Source: Selaginella moellendorffii (Eukaryota > Plantae > Lycopodiophyta). Taken from it: a DNA stretch of 64,000 bases. Under the pieces are notes generated by a model. It did no database searches. It was not told the DNA's origin and worked only from the letters and a program-made list of their open reading frames with translations. Numbering within the stretch: the stretch's first letter is position 1; each line of letters starts with the position of its first letter. Where the stretch lies: NCBI RefSeq assembly GCF_000143415.4, contig NW_003314301.1:1103333-1167332 (forward strand), written 5' to 3'. Of this stretch, positions 11,870-25,400 are shown piece after piece. The position numbers and the translations under genes were made by a program.

Positions 11870-13305
11870 TTTCATTTTTTCATGGCTTTTGAATATGTTG
11901 TGTTATGTTCTAAAGCAAAATATTGATATTGCTGTTTATTTCATGTAATATATTAATACCTTGTGAATTTCACATTGATATGTCAATATTAATTTCATTG
12001 AAATAAAATAAAAGTCAATTTGATTGAAATGAAATCAATGAGATTTCAAAAGTCACAATAAAATAAAATTGATCATTAAAATTTTATTGAATCAATTTCA
12101 TTGATTTTTATTTCAATTTTAATTCAATTTAGATGAAATTCAATAAAAATCAATAATCAATTTGAAATGTTCATTTTTCATGGCTCTTAAATATATCATA
12201 CTATATTCTAAAGTAGGATATTAATATTGCTCTGTATTTCATATAATATATCAATACCTCTCCAATATTAAATTGATATATCAATATCAATTTTATTGAA
12301 ATAAAATAAAAGTTAATATGATTAAAATTAAATAAATGAAATTTTAAAGTCACAATGAAATGAAATTGATCATTAAAATTTCAATGAATTAATGATATTT
12401 TATTGAATTTTATATAATGTTTATTAAAAAAGTGTAAATTTTAATTCCTTTAGTAATTATTTACATGAAGTCATTTATAAAAAATACACATTCTAATTCC
12501 ATTTCTAAATAAAATATTAAGGAACTATTGACATGGGTGTTAATCTCAAAAGTTTCATCAAATGCCCTTACGTTGATGGGATTTTTGAAAAATATCAATA
12601 GTTACTAAATGAGACTCTACTAAGAACATAACAACTTTTAGAAATGCAATTGGAATATATAATTTTTACTGACAAATTCATGTACATAATTATTAAAGGA
12701 ATTTAAACTTATATTTTGTAACAAAAAAATTTAAATTTCAATAAGCTTTGCAAAATGAATGTCAAGATCTATTTAATTCTTGACACTAAAGAATTTTAGT
12801 TTCCTTGGTATCCACTTGAATAAATGTGATGAAAAATAGTAATTATGAAACTTAAGTTAGATGATTTATTCAAATTATTCATAGTGAACTATCAAAACAC
12901 CAAGTGCTATGAAATCATAAATTAATGAAAATCAATTGAATTTCAAAAGTCACAATAAAATAAAATTGATCATTAAAATTTCATTGAATCAATTTCATTT
13001 CATTGATTTTCATTTCAATTTCAATTCAATTTAAATGAAATTCAATGAAAATCAGTGATTAATTTAAAATGTTCATTTTTTTATGGCTTTTGAATATGTC
13101 ATACTATATTTTAAAGCAGGATATTGATATTACTCTATATTTTATGCAATATATTAATACCCCACCAATGTCACTTTGATATATCAATATCAATTTCATT
13201 GAATCAATTGAATCAATTTCAATAAATATGATAAAAAGTAGTAATTATAAAACCTAAATTAAATGATTTGCTCAAATTGTTCATGATGGACCATCAAAAC
13301 ATTTC
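11870..13305. repeat. AT-rich block with about three copies of a ~300-bp unit and an internal foldback (MITE-like) element at about 12425-12725
   Basis: Unit TTCATTTTT(T)CATGGCT...TTGATCATTAAAATTT recurs at ~11870, ~12170 and ~12935-13200; ~12425-12515 is an imperfect reverse complement of ~12635-12725. Confidence 0.7.
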
Positions 13306-14710
13306 ATCCCTAACCCAAGTGTTCTCCACTACATCTTGAATGTGCTGCAGCAGTTCATTGTGCCTGGATCTCTGGGTACATCACCACAGAACCATCACGA
13401 GCCACTCCCATAGCATCGGAGCAAGAACTTGGTGAGTTTGGACAATCCTTGGCCACATAGTATCCCAATGTCTCTGTGGTGATATCTCCAACCTCCTGGA
13501 AGTTGCCATCACAGCACTGGGATCCAATCACTTGGAACGAAAATCGAGGTTCTTCACCTCTCGTGACGCCAGGAGGCTATACACAAGATACACAAACTTC
13601 ACACAGATTGTTATCCTTGCTGATATTTATACGGCTCATACTTGGCACCAATTGCCAGCGTCCTCTTTACGTGTGCAGATGCACAAACCACAGCTGCCAC
13701 CTTGTACTCTGGATCAAAAGGCTCAAAATGGAGATATGGCTGAAGCGTTTCAGGTTTTGTCTTAAATATCCACGCACTTCTCCTTCCGGCCTCAAGCAAA
13801 GCAGCCTGGAACTGGCACAATCAGTCCGGATCATCGGCTCTGTCCAGCACCACTCGGGGGGATCCAGCCCAGAAACCAAAGAGCTGCTCGACCGCAGCAA
13901 AATCTCCTGGGCTGGTGAGCAATCCAGTGGACTCATACAGCAGCACGAGCTCACCATGGGATCATCGTGTTGCCACTCTCTGAAGGCTTACAGGTTATTT
14001 AGTAATACCTTTTAAGTGTGAATGCAAGCATTTTAAAACACGTTATTAATCTAAAAGTAAACTAACATTACTCTTATGATTAGCATTATTTATGGCCTTG
14101 CACTAGCAATGTATTCCAGATAGACCAGCCGTTAAAAGCTGACACAAACAGTTACTTTTTTGTTGACTTTTATTTGACTAGGTTGACTTTACATGTGCAT
14201 ATGTATGACAGATGGAGAGCAAGGTTGGAAGTATTGCAGAAGACATAGGAATGCATTTTGGACAGTGCTAATTATCTATTCGACGTAAAAAGCACACTTC
14301 TACATCCCGTAAGTTTTTGCTGTATATTGCTGTTTATGGTCTGTCCAATCCTGTTTGGGATTTATAAAAACATGTTCGCATGAATGACAAAGGCATTTGT
14401 GGTGGGCGAGAAGAAGAGATTGATCGATGTGGGCGAAGCTGGAAGAGAAAGCGTGAAGTGATCGATGTGGGCGACTTACTTTGATCAATCGAGTGTCGCC
14501 CAAATGCGTCTTTGCTCCAAAATCTTTCCTCTCGTCGATGGATCGACTTGATCGAGGGAGAGATGGGAACATATGTGGCGAACTTATACAACACTTGACC
14601 GCCGATTCCAGCAGACGATCACGGAGATGAAAAAGCGCGGTAAAATTTGTCGCATTGGTCAATAATTCTGAAGTTTAGGTCAGGCAAACAGGGGTTAGGG
14701 TTTATGGCGA

Positions 14711-16397
14711 ATGAGGCAATGCCGCGCCAAGGAGCGAGCGATCCACGCCTTCGCGAATGTAGGCTGGGATTCCTCAACGATTCCATCGCAGTGGTGTCAT
14801 CGATCATGTTCTGGCGCGAGGAGGAGGGATTTCTTCAGCGAGGTAGGCGGTCCAAACGTTTTCACCTTCCTCGTGGCATTCAAGGCGTGCAGCATGGCGA
14901 GAGAGCTCGAGCTTGGCAGAAGAATTCACGACGACGCTGCTGGGATTGGAGATCTTTCTAGCAATTTCGTGGCCACCGCTGCCGTGGACATGTACTCGAG
15001 CTGTGGAAGCATGGCGGAGGCTCGCAGGATCTTTGAGAACTTGGCAAATCCAGACGTGGCGCTGTGGAACTCTCTGGTGATGGGATACGCGAGAAACAGG
15101 GATAGCAAGCTGGCTTTGGAGTTTTTCTTCGCGATGGACCGCGAAGCAAATGCTCGGAGCTATGTAGCGGGGCTCACGGCTTGCTCGGGCATGGCTGGCG
15201 AAGAACAGGGACAGGAGATCGATGGGAAAGAGATCAAAGTTATGAGCCTGGAAAAGGGGATGGAAATTCACTCGCGAGCAGTGAAAGGTGGTCACTTGGG
15301 AGAGATTTTCGTGCAGAACTCGCTGGTGGACATGTATGGAAAGTGTGGGAGCGTTCTGGACGCAAGAACAGTGTTTGACAGGATGATGCATCACGACGTG
15401 ATCTCGTGGAATTCTCTAATGGTCGGATCTGTGGAAAGTGGTGAGATCGACTTGGCTCTCGATCTCTTCGACTGGATCCATCGAAGCTGCGAGCTGCTGA
15501 TAAACCCGAGAGTCTACGTGACTGCTCTCACGGCGTGCTCTCGCAAGGCTATGAAAGAAGAGCGGAAGGTGGGAGGACTTGTGAAGATCGAGAGCCTTGA
15601 GAGAAGCATGGAAGTTCACTGCTTGGCGTCCGGGAAGAACAGCTGTGATCAGCTAGATCTCTTCGTGGGAAACATCACTCGTCGAAGCGTATTCCAAGTG
15701 CTCGTCCATGCTGGACGCTCGGCGAGCTTTCGACAGGATGAAAGACCACGATGCTGTGTCTTGGACGAGCCTCATTCTGGGATACACAGACAACAACGAA
15801 GCCGAGCTAGCTCTGGAGATCTTCTCGGCTATGGCGGCTCAAGGCGTTTGCAAGCTCCACTCTGGGACTTTCGTGGCGGCCTTGACGGCTTGCTCGAGCT
15901 TGGAGAGGGTCCAGGAATTCCACTCTCGGTTTCTGGAGGCTGGTTGCTACGACAACGCTGGGGCTGTCGTCGAGAACAGCTTGATCGACGCTTACTCGAG
16001 ATGTGGAAGAACAGTGGAGGCAAAGTCTGTGTTTGATTCGATCGAGAGCCCGACTGTGGTCTCGTGGAACGCTCTCATGCTGGGATACGAGGAGAATGGT
16101 GAATCCCAGCTCGCTCTCGACTTGTTCCAGATGATGATACGGCAGAGGCTGTGCTCTCCTAACGCCAAAACTCTCGTCGCCGCGCTCACGGCCTGTGCAA
16201 GACTCGGGGCAGCCGAGGAGAGCTCCAGAGAGAAGGCTGCGTTGCTTCAAACAGGCGTGTCCATTCAGCGTGAAGCCGAGAGACTCTTCTACGACTCGGA
16301 CGTGTCTGTGACGCGAGCTCTCGAGGTCATGTATGCAAAGTGTGGTGAAGCTCGCGAGATTTTCCTGGGCGATGATGGTGATGGAAGTCACAGATAA
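14711..16397 (+). pseudogene. PLS-type PPR gene, copy B, broken by one apparent 1-nt insertion near 15669
   Basis: Two overlapping ORFs (441 aa and 229 aa) with PPR motifs; GGAAACATCACTC here vs GGAAACACACTC in copy A. Confidence 0.8.
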
Positions 16398-16464
16398 TTT
16401 TGTAAGTTTTGATCATTTTCTTCGATCTCTTCTGAAAAAATTGGTTTCTCTTCTTGTGAGTAGT

Positions 16465-18351
16465 TTAAGAGCGCATGCTCTTTGGCTTGACGGCTTCCAT
16501 GGCCCGGAGCGCCACCTCCGCGTCCTCCTTGTTCCTGGCACTGCCGTACATGCTTGACAATAGCATGTACGGCGCCGAGTTCTCGGGATCCATCACAAAC
16601 GCCCTCTCTGCCGCCCTGGCCGCGCGCTTGAAATCCCCAAAGACTTTACACCCGCCGACGAGCGAGATCCACGCCACCACATCCGCGCTCGCCGGCATTG
16701 TCTCGATGAGCTCCTCGCAAATCTCCAGCCACCCCCCGCGCGCCAGCAAATCCACCACGCACCCAAACAGGCTGACCTCCGGCACGATCCCGAAGTCCCG
16801 CTGGAGCGACACGAAGTAACCGATGCCGTCTTCCAGCCGACCAGCGTGGCTGCATGCCGACAGCAGGCTCAAGAAGCTGATCCCGTCGGGGACATTTCCT
16901 TCCAGAAGCATGACGTGGAAGAGTTCTATGGCCGCCACGTTGCAGCCGGCCTGGGTATGTGCCGACAGGATCGCGTTCCACGCCACGACGTTGGGACGGG
17001 ACATTCCGGCGAACACGTCAGCAGCCCGCCGGAGGTTGCCGCATTTAGCGTACATGTTGAGCATGCCGGTACGGACAGCCGGGTCGGACGCTAGGTCCGT
17101 ACACTTGATGCTTTCGTGGACAAGGATCCCATCGTTGAGTGCTGAGGCGTTGAGACACGCGTCAAGGATCGCGATGATGGTGATGACGTTGGGGCGTACC
17201 CCGTCCAAGTCCATCTCACGGAAGAGGCCTAGGGCTTGCGTTAGCTGCCCGTTCTGGGCATATGCCGACAGCATGGCGTTCCACGTGGCTGCCACGCGGA
17301 CAGGCAGCGCGTCGAATATGCCCCGCGCATCCCGCAACCAGCCGTGATGCCCGTACGCCGTGATCGCCGCCGTCCATCCCACCATGTTGTTGGACGGCAT
17401 CCACGGCAGGAGGGCCTCCACCTCCTCCAAGCTCCCGCATTTGCCGTAGAAATTGACGAGCGAGGTCACGACAATGGCCTCGCGCTCCAATCCAACCGCT
17501 GCGAGGGATTCGTGGATCGATCGGCCCTCCCAGAGATCCCCCAGCGAGGAGCATGCGCTGATCACACCCGCGGCAGTGACACGATCCGGGAGGAAGCCCT
17601 CGAGATCCATCGCCCGGAAGAACCCTAGCGCGAGCTTGGCGTGGCCATTCTGGGCGCTGGCGGATACCATTGCGTTCCAGGAGATCGTGTTCTTCTCGGG
17701 CATCTGGTGGAAGAGATCGCAGCACTCGCCCAGATGCCCCAACCGGGCATAGCCTGTGACGATCGAATTCCAGCTGACGATGTCGCGCTCGCGCATCCGA
17801 TCGAAGAGATCCCTGGCCTCGCGGATTCGATCGCCCTGGACGAACGCTTGGAGCATCGCATTCCAGGAGACGATGTTCTTGCGCGGGATGTGGTGGAAGA
17901 TTTCCACTGCTAGATCGAGATGCCCGTTTTGGGCATAGCCAGAGAAGAGGATGTTCCACGAGTAGAGATTTTGATCCGGGATGGAATCAAAGACCTCGCG
18001 CGCCGATTGTAGATCGCCGCACTGCGCGTACATCTGGACGAGGAGATTGAGAAGAAATCGATTGCGCGAATGGGAGATCGAGGAGGAGATTTTGGAGTGG
18101 ATTCGTTTGCCCTCTTCCAGCGCCCGCGCGAAACCGCTGTCGCGAAGGAGCGCCGCGTAGATAGCCTGGCTCTCGGCGATCTGCCCCTGCTCGAGGAGAT
18201 TGAGCGTCGACTGGACCCCCTTGCGGCATTCTTCCCGGATCCCGGCGTCTTTGTTGAATGCCTTCTTCGCAGAGTGGCCCTTGACGAAGAATGCGGGAGG
18301 AATCGCATCGGTGTGGAGGAAAGACCGCTGGATCCAGCGCCTTCTCTTCAT
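16465..18351 (-). CDS. PLS-class PPR protein with E domain (candidate organellar RNA-editing specificity factor), 628 aa
   Basis: Intact ORF with repeated VSWNAM/YAQNG/MYAKCG motifs, SLLSACSHAG, and E-domain CVVDLLARGG...PENSAPYMLLSSMY; no DYW domain. Confidence 0.92.
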   Translation of the reverse strand: MKRRRWIQRSFLHTDAIPPAFFVKGHSAKKAFNKDAGIREECRKGVQSTLNLLEQGQIAESQAIYAALLRDSGFARALEEGKRIHSKISSSISHSRNRFLLNLLVQMYAQCGDLQSAREVFDSIPDQNLYSWNILFSGYAQNGHLDLAVEIFHHIPRKNIVSWNAMLQAFVQGDRIREARDLFDRMRERDIVSWNSIVTGYARLGHLGECCDLFHQMPEKNTISWNAMVSASAQNGHAKLALGFFRAMDLEGFLPDRVTAAGVISACSSLGDLWEGRSIHESLAAVGLEREAIVVTSLVNFYGKCGSLEEVEALLPWMPSNNMVGWTAAITAYGHHGWLRDARGIFDALPVRVAATWNAMLSAYAQNGQLTQALGLFREMDLDGVRPNVITIIAILDACLNASALNDGILVHESIKCTDLASDPAVRTGMLNMYAKCGNLRRAADVFAGMSRPNVVAWNAILSAHTQAGCNVAAIELFHVMLLEGNVPDGISFLSLLSACSHAGRLEDGIGYFVSLQRDFGIVPEVSLFGCVVDLLARGGWLEICEELIETMPASADVVAWISLVGGCKVFGDFKRAARAAERAFVMDPENSAPYMLLSSMYGSARNKEDAEVALRAMEAVKPKSMRS

Positions 18352-19235
18352 TCCATTCCATTTTCTTGCAAGAACCTAATCCTTGTTTTTAGGGCTCTTG
18401 GTAGCGCGCCAAATTTTTTTTATATAATGCTTAAATCGGAAGGGTGGTCGAGCATGCCAACGAGGTATGCCGCTTAGTTTCCAGAGCTCTAGAAAGTTTA
18501 GGAAAGTAGCCCCAAGCTTGGCCTGGTTGTAATCATCTAGCAGCTCGTGAAGCCTTGGAAACACTTGAACATAAATGCTTGCAATGGAAATCGACTGCAT
18601 TATATATTTCGCTGATGGTTGGATAGGGAACATGAAAGAAACTGAAATAGCAAAAAACTCATGAAAATTTTACTCTGGAATCTTCTTACTCGTTTGGCAC
18701 CAGGTATGATACAGATACCTGTATAGGCCAGACCCAATCGTTTGTGCTGTAAGGCGAAGCACAGACGTGGAGCTTGTAGTGATGAGCAGGCTCATCTCCC
18801 TCCAAGAGCTTTCGTCCCATGCCAGAGCCTGACGAACACAACGCTGGTGCTAAAGCATGGTCCGTGGGGAAGAGTGGTGAGGTAAGACTCGTTCATGAAC
18901 ACTTCCATCGTATCCAGCAGCTCCTCGTCGCCCAGCTCCTCTTCCCCAAATCCAAGAGTGCAAAGAAAGAGTGGAGCCTTGTGAGTTAGGGGATCACATC
19001 CACACATTGCTTCCCAAACTCCCCATCCCATCATCTTGTTGTGTCTGCCCAGTTTGTGATTTCTGAGGCAGTACAGGGTGGGCGATGATTTCTTCCTGTC
19101 TGCCCAGGGGCAGGCAATTGCAAGGTTTTTTCTTTATTGTTTTGTGCCTAGGCATTGGATTTGGACCCCAAACCAACTGGTAATGAAATAATAATAATAC
19201 TTTATATATTATTATATATAAAATTAAACTTTAGT

Positions 19236-19405
19236 TGTGAGTGCTTGGAATATGGAAAGGGAATATAGAAATATGCATATCAACCCAAAAACCCTAACTT
19301 ATATACAGAAGCGAATGGTCTGGATTGAAACCAATCCGACGGCTACCAAAATCCCACTACGTTAATATTAGTATACGGCATTATAGCCATACACGTGGCC
19401 TTTAC
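19236..19405 (-). mobile_element. Short (~170 bp) LTR of an old retrotransposon family; related copies at 54747-54922 and, inverted, 56648-56823
   Basis: TG...CA ends and mutual similarity; the adjacent 19406-19470 matches the reverse complement of 56570-56635, next to a PPT. Confidence 0.65.
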
Positions 19406-19477
19406 ATCATCAGAATAATGGAAAACCATTAGGGTTCTCTTGTAGACGGGCCAGGATCTGGAGGAACGTCAGGAGTG

Positions 19478-22400
19478 TCAAAGTTAACCTACCAAAATTG
19501 ACCCAAGAACTATCGAACAAGAGAAATGAAACTTTTGAGTTTATAGAAATATATATTACTTTATTGATTTGCAAGATTTAGTGAAAGATTTGCAAAAACT
19601 ATTCTTTATTTTGATTCTCATACTCTGTGACAAGCTTATGAGTATGTGTAAGATTACCAAGAGGCTCTCATGTTGATTCACAAGATGGATAATGTTAGGT
19701 GCCAGCTTTGACTACGTGATCAACGTCGGTCAAAAGGAGGCTCAAGGGTATATTAAGGCACGTTAGGGTAAGGGACTTAACCTACCCTAGGGCTCATAGT
19801 GGAGCGGCGGTGCAGTGGAGCTTTTGAGGTAGCTCGGGGGTGGTTGGGTGGTGAGGAACCTCAAGAGGTGGCGTAGCATAGTCTAGGGCAACTAGATCTT
19901 TGTCTTTTTGTGCTGGATCATAACATTGGTATCAGAGGATTGGTTGCGATGGCCGACCAAGCTGAATGCTGGAATCCTATTGTCGATGGTAGTGCCGACG
20001 ATGGTGCCGACGAAGCTGCAGAGATTTGGACCATTCAAGATGTGGTTCATGAGCTACGAGCCCTTAATCGAAATCAGCAAGAGATGCAAGACGAGATGCA
20101 TGGCATGATGGATACCATGTGTGGGTGTGTTGAGGCACTCGAGGCTGGACAGAGTAGCGCTCCAAGTAAGCCTTCTTTGGTAGATCGACTCAAGATTCCA
20201 ACCTTTTCCGGTGATGGTGGTGTGGACGAGTGTCTCGCTTGGCTAGCCAATGTGAAGAAGTTCTTGGCTGCTAGAGGAATTCCAGATGCAGAGGCTTTAG
20301 TGGCTATTCCGATGGTTTTGCGTGATGCGGGTCTTCGATGGTGGAATTGGCTTGAGGAGTCCCGTGTTGCGGATAAGAAACCACCAGTGTCTACCATGGA
20401 TGAGTTTGAGGCTGCTTTCCGTTTACGTTTTGCCCCTCATTACGACGTGGAGAATGCTCGTACAGAACTTCGCCATTTCCAGCAAGGGAAAATGACGCTC
20501 GGGGATTATATCGAGAAGCTTACTCGTTTGATTAGTCGTGTTCCAATGAAGGATCCAGATCAGAACAAGTCCTACTTCATTGATGGCCTACATAGTGAGA
20601 GCATGCAGCAACACTTGCGTCATTCTCAGCCTACAAAGAGTTTGGAGGAGCTCTTTGATGCGGCTCGTCGACTTGACAATGACAAGCACAAGTCTTGCAA
20701 GCGTTCGCGGAGTCCTTCTGTCGAGAATCATTGTGATGATCGCCGTGGACACAAGGATGGGAACAAGCATCACAAGTTGAAGTCGGTGGTGACTACTTCA
20801 AATGCAAAGGGGTCCAAGAAGCAGAAGTTCTTTGTGAAGAATTATAGACAGGGTTGTCATCATTGCGGCGAACTTGGACACTACAAGGCTGATTGTCTGC
20901 AGTTGAAGAACAAGCAGTAGGACAAGAAGAATGGCCAATCATCTTCTCACGGTAAGTCAGATACTAAAAAGTTGCAAGCTTTACAGTGTGAGGATGACGA
21001 GAACGACCATTCCGGTCGGAGGAAGAGACTTTTGATTGTTGCTCGTCAACTCAACTGTGTGTGGAACAAGATGGAGCTCGAGGATACGCGTGAATCAGCT
21101 TTAATGCTGGAGGGCGTGTTCCGTGGCGATCCAGTGCGGATTTTACTAGATAGTGGGAGCGATGACAACTTTGTTTCGGCAAAGTTTGTTGCGGAGCATC
21201 ACCTGAACACACGTGGAGTTCTTCCATACACAGTGGAAGGTGCAACTACCTCTGCTCAGCATTTTGATACTTGTGTCGAGAGGCTGGAAGTGTTGGTTGG
21301 CATTGTGGAGGCTTTTTATCTCGCGGATATCCATCGTGTGGATCTCATTCTTGGGATGCCATGGTTGGTGAAGGTGGATCCAGAGATAAAGTGGAGCATT
21401 AAGCATATCTCGCTGGAGTATGGTGGCGTTAAAGATGTGTGGTTTGGTGAGGGCGTTCAACCACCAGTTGTTATGCTCTCTGCTACATCTTTGAAGCGGG
21501 CTTGTCGTAATGGAAAAACACTTTCAAGTTACTTGCTGTTTGTTCGTGACTTGGGGGACCAAGGCACGTGTGGGGGAGAAGCAACAATACGGGATGTACT
21601 TGATGAGTTTTCTGATGTTTTTCCATCTGAACTTCCTCATGGATTGCCTCCATTACGAGGTGTGGAGCATGGGATTACATTGGAGCCGGGGATGCGGCCA
21701 ATTTACCGATGTCCATTTCAGTTAAGTTATGTGGAGGAGCAAGAAGTTCAACGACAAGTCAAGGAGTTACTTGAGTTTGGATTTATTCAGCCAAGTAAGT
21801 CTCCGTTTGGTGCTCCGGTCTTGTTTGTGAAAAAAAAGGACGGTTCAATGTGAATGTGTATTGACTACTGCGCTTTGAACAAGAAGACAGTGAAGGATAA
21901 GATGCCGATGCCATGTGTGGATGATATCCTAGACAAGCTTGGTGAAACACGAGTGTTTACCAAGATTGATCTGAGGAGTGGATATCATCAGATTGCAATG
22001 GATGATGCATCTATCTCCAAGACGGCATTCAACACAAACTTCGGACATTTTGAGTTTACAGTTATGCCGTTTGGTTTGACGAATGCACCAGCCACATTTA
22101 CTCGGTTGATGATGGAGGTATTTGGGCGTTATCTTCATGAGTTTGTGGAGATTTTCTTGGACAATATTCTTGTTTTTAGCAAGAATATGGAGGAGCATAG
22201 GGTGCATTTGCGCAAGGTTCTTTTGTTACTTTGAAACAACAAACTTTATGCGAAGAAGAGCAAATGTGAATTTGCAAAGTCGGAAGTGGAATATTTAGGC
22301 CATATTGTGACATTTAAGGGTGTCAAGACAGATCCAAGGAAGGTGGCTGTAGTGGAAAACTGGCCTACACTGACTACAGTGGCCGAGTTGCGCAGTTTTC

Positions 22401-25400
22401 TTGGTATGGCTAGTTACTACCGACGTTTCCAGCATAAGTTTGCAGAGGTGGCTATTCCTTTGACGCGGATGTTACACAAGAATGTGCCATTCGAGTGGAA
22501 GACGCCACAAGAGGAGAGTTTTGTGGCGCTGAAACGATTGTTGAGCGAGGCTCCAGTGCTTTGCATTGCTGATCCATCGAAACCTTACGAGGTGACATGC
22601 GATGCGAGTGGTTATGCACTGGGAGGAGTTCTCATGCAAGAGGGACAGCCTATTGTATATGAGAGTCGAACTTTGAATTCCGCCGAGCAATGCTATTCCA
22701 CATATGAGCAAGAGTTACTCTCTATTGTTCATGCTTTACGGACGTGGCGGCACTATCTTTATGGTGCAGTGTTTGTGGTGTTGACAGATCACAAACCACT
22801 TGTGTATCTCTTCACACAGAAGGAGTTGAACACTAGGCAAGCTCGTTGGATGGTCAAACTCATGGAGTTTGGGGAGTTTCCTATTGAGCATCGTCTGGGA
22901 AAATCAAATGTGGTGGCGGATGCTTTATCTTGTGTTCGTCATGTGACGACGTTACGAACACGATTTTGTTATCATTTGAGTAAGGTGGTCAGCGAGTTTG
23001 GGTAGTTGGTTGAGCATGCTCAGGCTCAGGATGCTGAGGTGGCCTCTTTGCGAGCCCAGATGGAAGCCCCTTTCTCATTGGTGGATGGGATTCTCTACTA
23101 CAATGGTCGTGTATATTTGCCACAGGTGGATGCGTTAATTACTCAAGTTTTATTCCACTATCATGATTGTCCAGAGGCTGGTCATTTTGGGGGGAAGAAG
23201 ACATATGAGTTGATTAAGCGCAACTTTTATTGGAGGAATATGAAGGCTGGTATCCTCAAGTATTGTAAATCATGCGAGTTTTGTCAGCGGGTTAAGGTGC
23301 CACAGGAGAAGCCGGGGGGACTTTTGCAACCTTTACCTATTCTTCAGAGCCGTTGGTGTAGTATCTCTATGGACTTTATCACTTGTTTGCCACAAACACA
23401 GAGGCAAAAGGAGCAAGTATGGGTCATAGTGGATCGGTTGACGAAGTATGTGCGGTTGTTAGCTCTTCGGAAGACTGTCACTGCCTCAGACTTGGCTGCG
23501 GTTTATTTGGAGAAGGTTTTTCCTGATTTTGGTTTGCCGGAGGACATCATTAGTGATCGAGATTCAAAGTTCACCAGTGGATTTTGGAAAAGCTTTGCAA
23601 AGGCTATGCAAGTGACTTTGAAACTTTCGAGTGGAGATCATCCTCAGACGGATGGGCAAACTGAGCGTGTGAATCAGGTGGTGGAGGATATGCTATGTTG
23701 TAGCATTGGTCAAAGGCAAGGGCAGTGGGATCTATATCTTCCGTTGGTGCAATTTTCTTACAACAATAGCCAACACAGTGGAACCAAGCTAAGTCCTTAC
23801 TTTGCCATGTTTGAAAGGCATCCTCGAACAACGGTGGAGTTGGGATTGCATTTGAGTAAGGACGTTCAAGATAAGCTTGATTCCGAGGCAACTGATCTGG
23901 CCACAAAACTTGATGAGATTCTGGTGGTGTGCAAACAGAATTTGCAAGCAGCTCAGGATAGAGCGGAGAAGTTTGCCAATGAGCATCGCCAATTCCGGGA
24001 ATATAAGGTGGGTGATCTCATCTTTGTGCGAGTGATCTTTCCATTAAGTGAGTGGCGGAACACCTTGGTGCCTTTACGGACAGGGAAGAGTGATAAACTT
24101 TCCCATTGATATGCTGGTCCATATGAAGTGCTAGAGCGCATTGGTAAAGCGGCTTATCAGGTGCGGCTGCCAGTTGGGGTGAAAATTCATCCGGTATTTT
24201 ATGTCAGCCAGTTGAAAGGTGTACTATCTCGGAGTGATGGGCCCAATGCCTTCTTGATGTATGGTTGTGGAAGATGGACCAGGAGCTTGAGCAGGATTCC
24301 CCAGAAAGGGTGATCACCAGTACAATTCATCCTTGGGACAAGGACTTTGTTGGGGGGGAAGAATTGTTAAGTGCCAGCTTTGACTACGTGGTCAACGTCG
24401 GTCAAAGGGAGGCTTAAGGGTATATTAAGGCACGTTAGGGTAAGGGATTTAACCTACCCTAGGGCTCACAGTGGAGCGGCGGCACAGTGGAGCTTTTGAG
24501 GTAGCTCGGGGGTGGTTGGGTGGTGAGGAACCTCAAGAGGTGGCGTAGCATAGTCTAGAGCAACTAGATCTTTGTCTTTTTGCACCGGATCATAATAGAT
24601 AACCTTTCCATTTGACTAAATATTGACCATTGTGTTTCTGGTGACATGATAAGATGTTTTCAACTTCGTATTTAGATTCACCACCCCACAACTTCTGGTG
24701 GCAGACAAATCTCCTCTTGACATGCAACATCTATAATGTAAGGAGCCAATAAATTGGTATGAAATACATTATAAATATTTGATATTTCCATAGGAAGATC
24801 CAACTAATAGGATATATCACCAATTCATTTTAAAACTATATTTTGGTATCAGCTTCCAAGACAAAGATCCCTTAATATATAAATTTCTAGAAAATAACCA
24901 CACCAGATAATCCTCAACTTGAGCATTCACACGTTCAATCTACCCATCGGTTTGAGGATGATAAGCTATACTAAACTTCAACTTGGTGTTGAGCAACTGA
25001 GATTGTGCCCCAAAACTTCCCCATCAATCTCAAATCTCTATTTGAGATCATCTCTTCGGGAAGACCACAAACCCACACTACTTCATGGAAAAAAACTTTG
25101 CTACTTACTTCACATTCACTATTTCTATAGTTGGAATGAAGTGTGCAATCTTCAACAACCAATCCACAACCACCATCAAAGTATCATAACCCTTAGAGTT
25201 CAGCAAGCAAGTGATAAAGTCAAGTATCACACTCTAAAATGGCCATGTCGGTGCTGGAATGCATTAAAACTTCCCAGCCTGCTTCTTAGTTTTGCGCTTA
25301 CATTGCTATGTAAGAATAAGCATAATCTATTACCTTCTATACTAGACAAAAAAAAACCCTTTTTCAATGAAGTAAGAGTTTTTCGTTTTCCACCATGTCC

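Larger units (their letters stand above)
14400..19110. repeat. Local segmental duplication of about 5215-9420 (FLA upstream region, PPR gene, unknown gene)
   Basis: Direct high-identity matches: 5215-7100 vs 14400-16415, 7220-7400 vs 16474-16578, 8640-9420 vs 18475-19110. Confidence 0.9.

Noticed and set aside
13310-14015. 179-aa ORF and opposite-strand ORFs
   Set aside because: Composition is coding-like, but I recognise no domain and cannot determine the strand; possibly a gene fragment.
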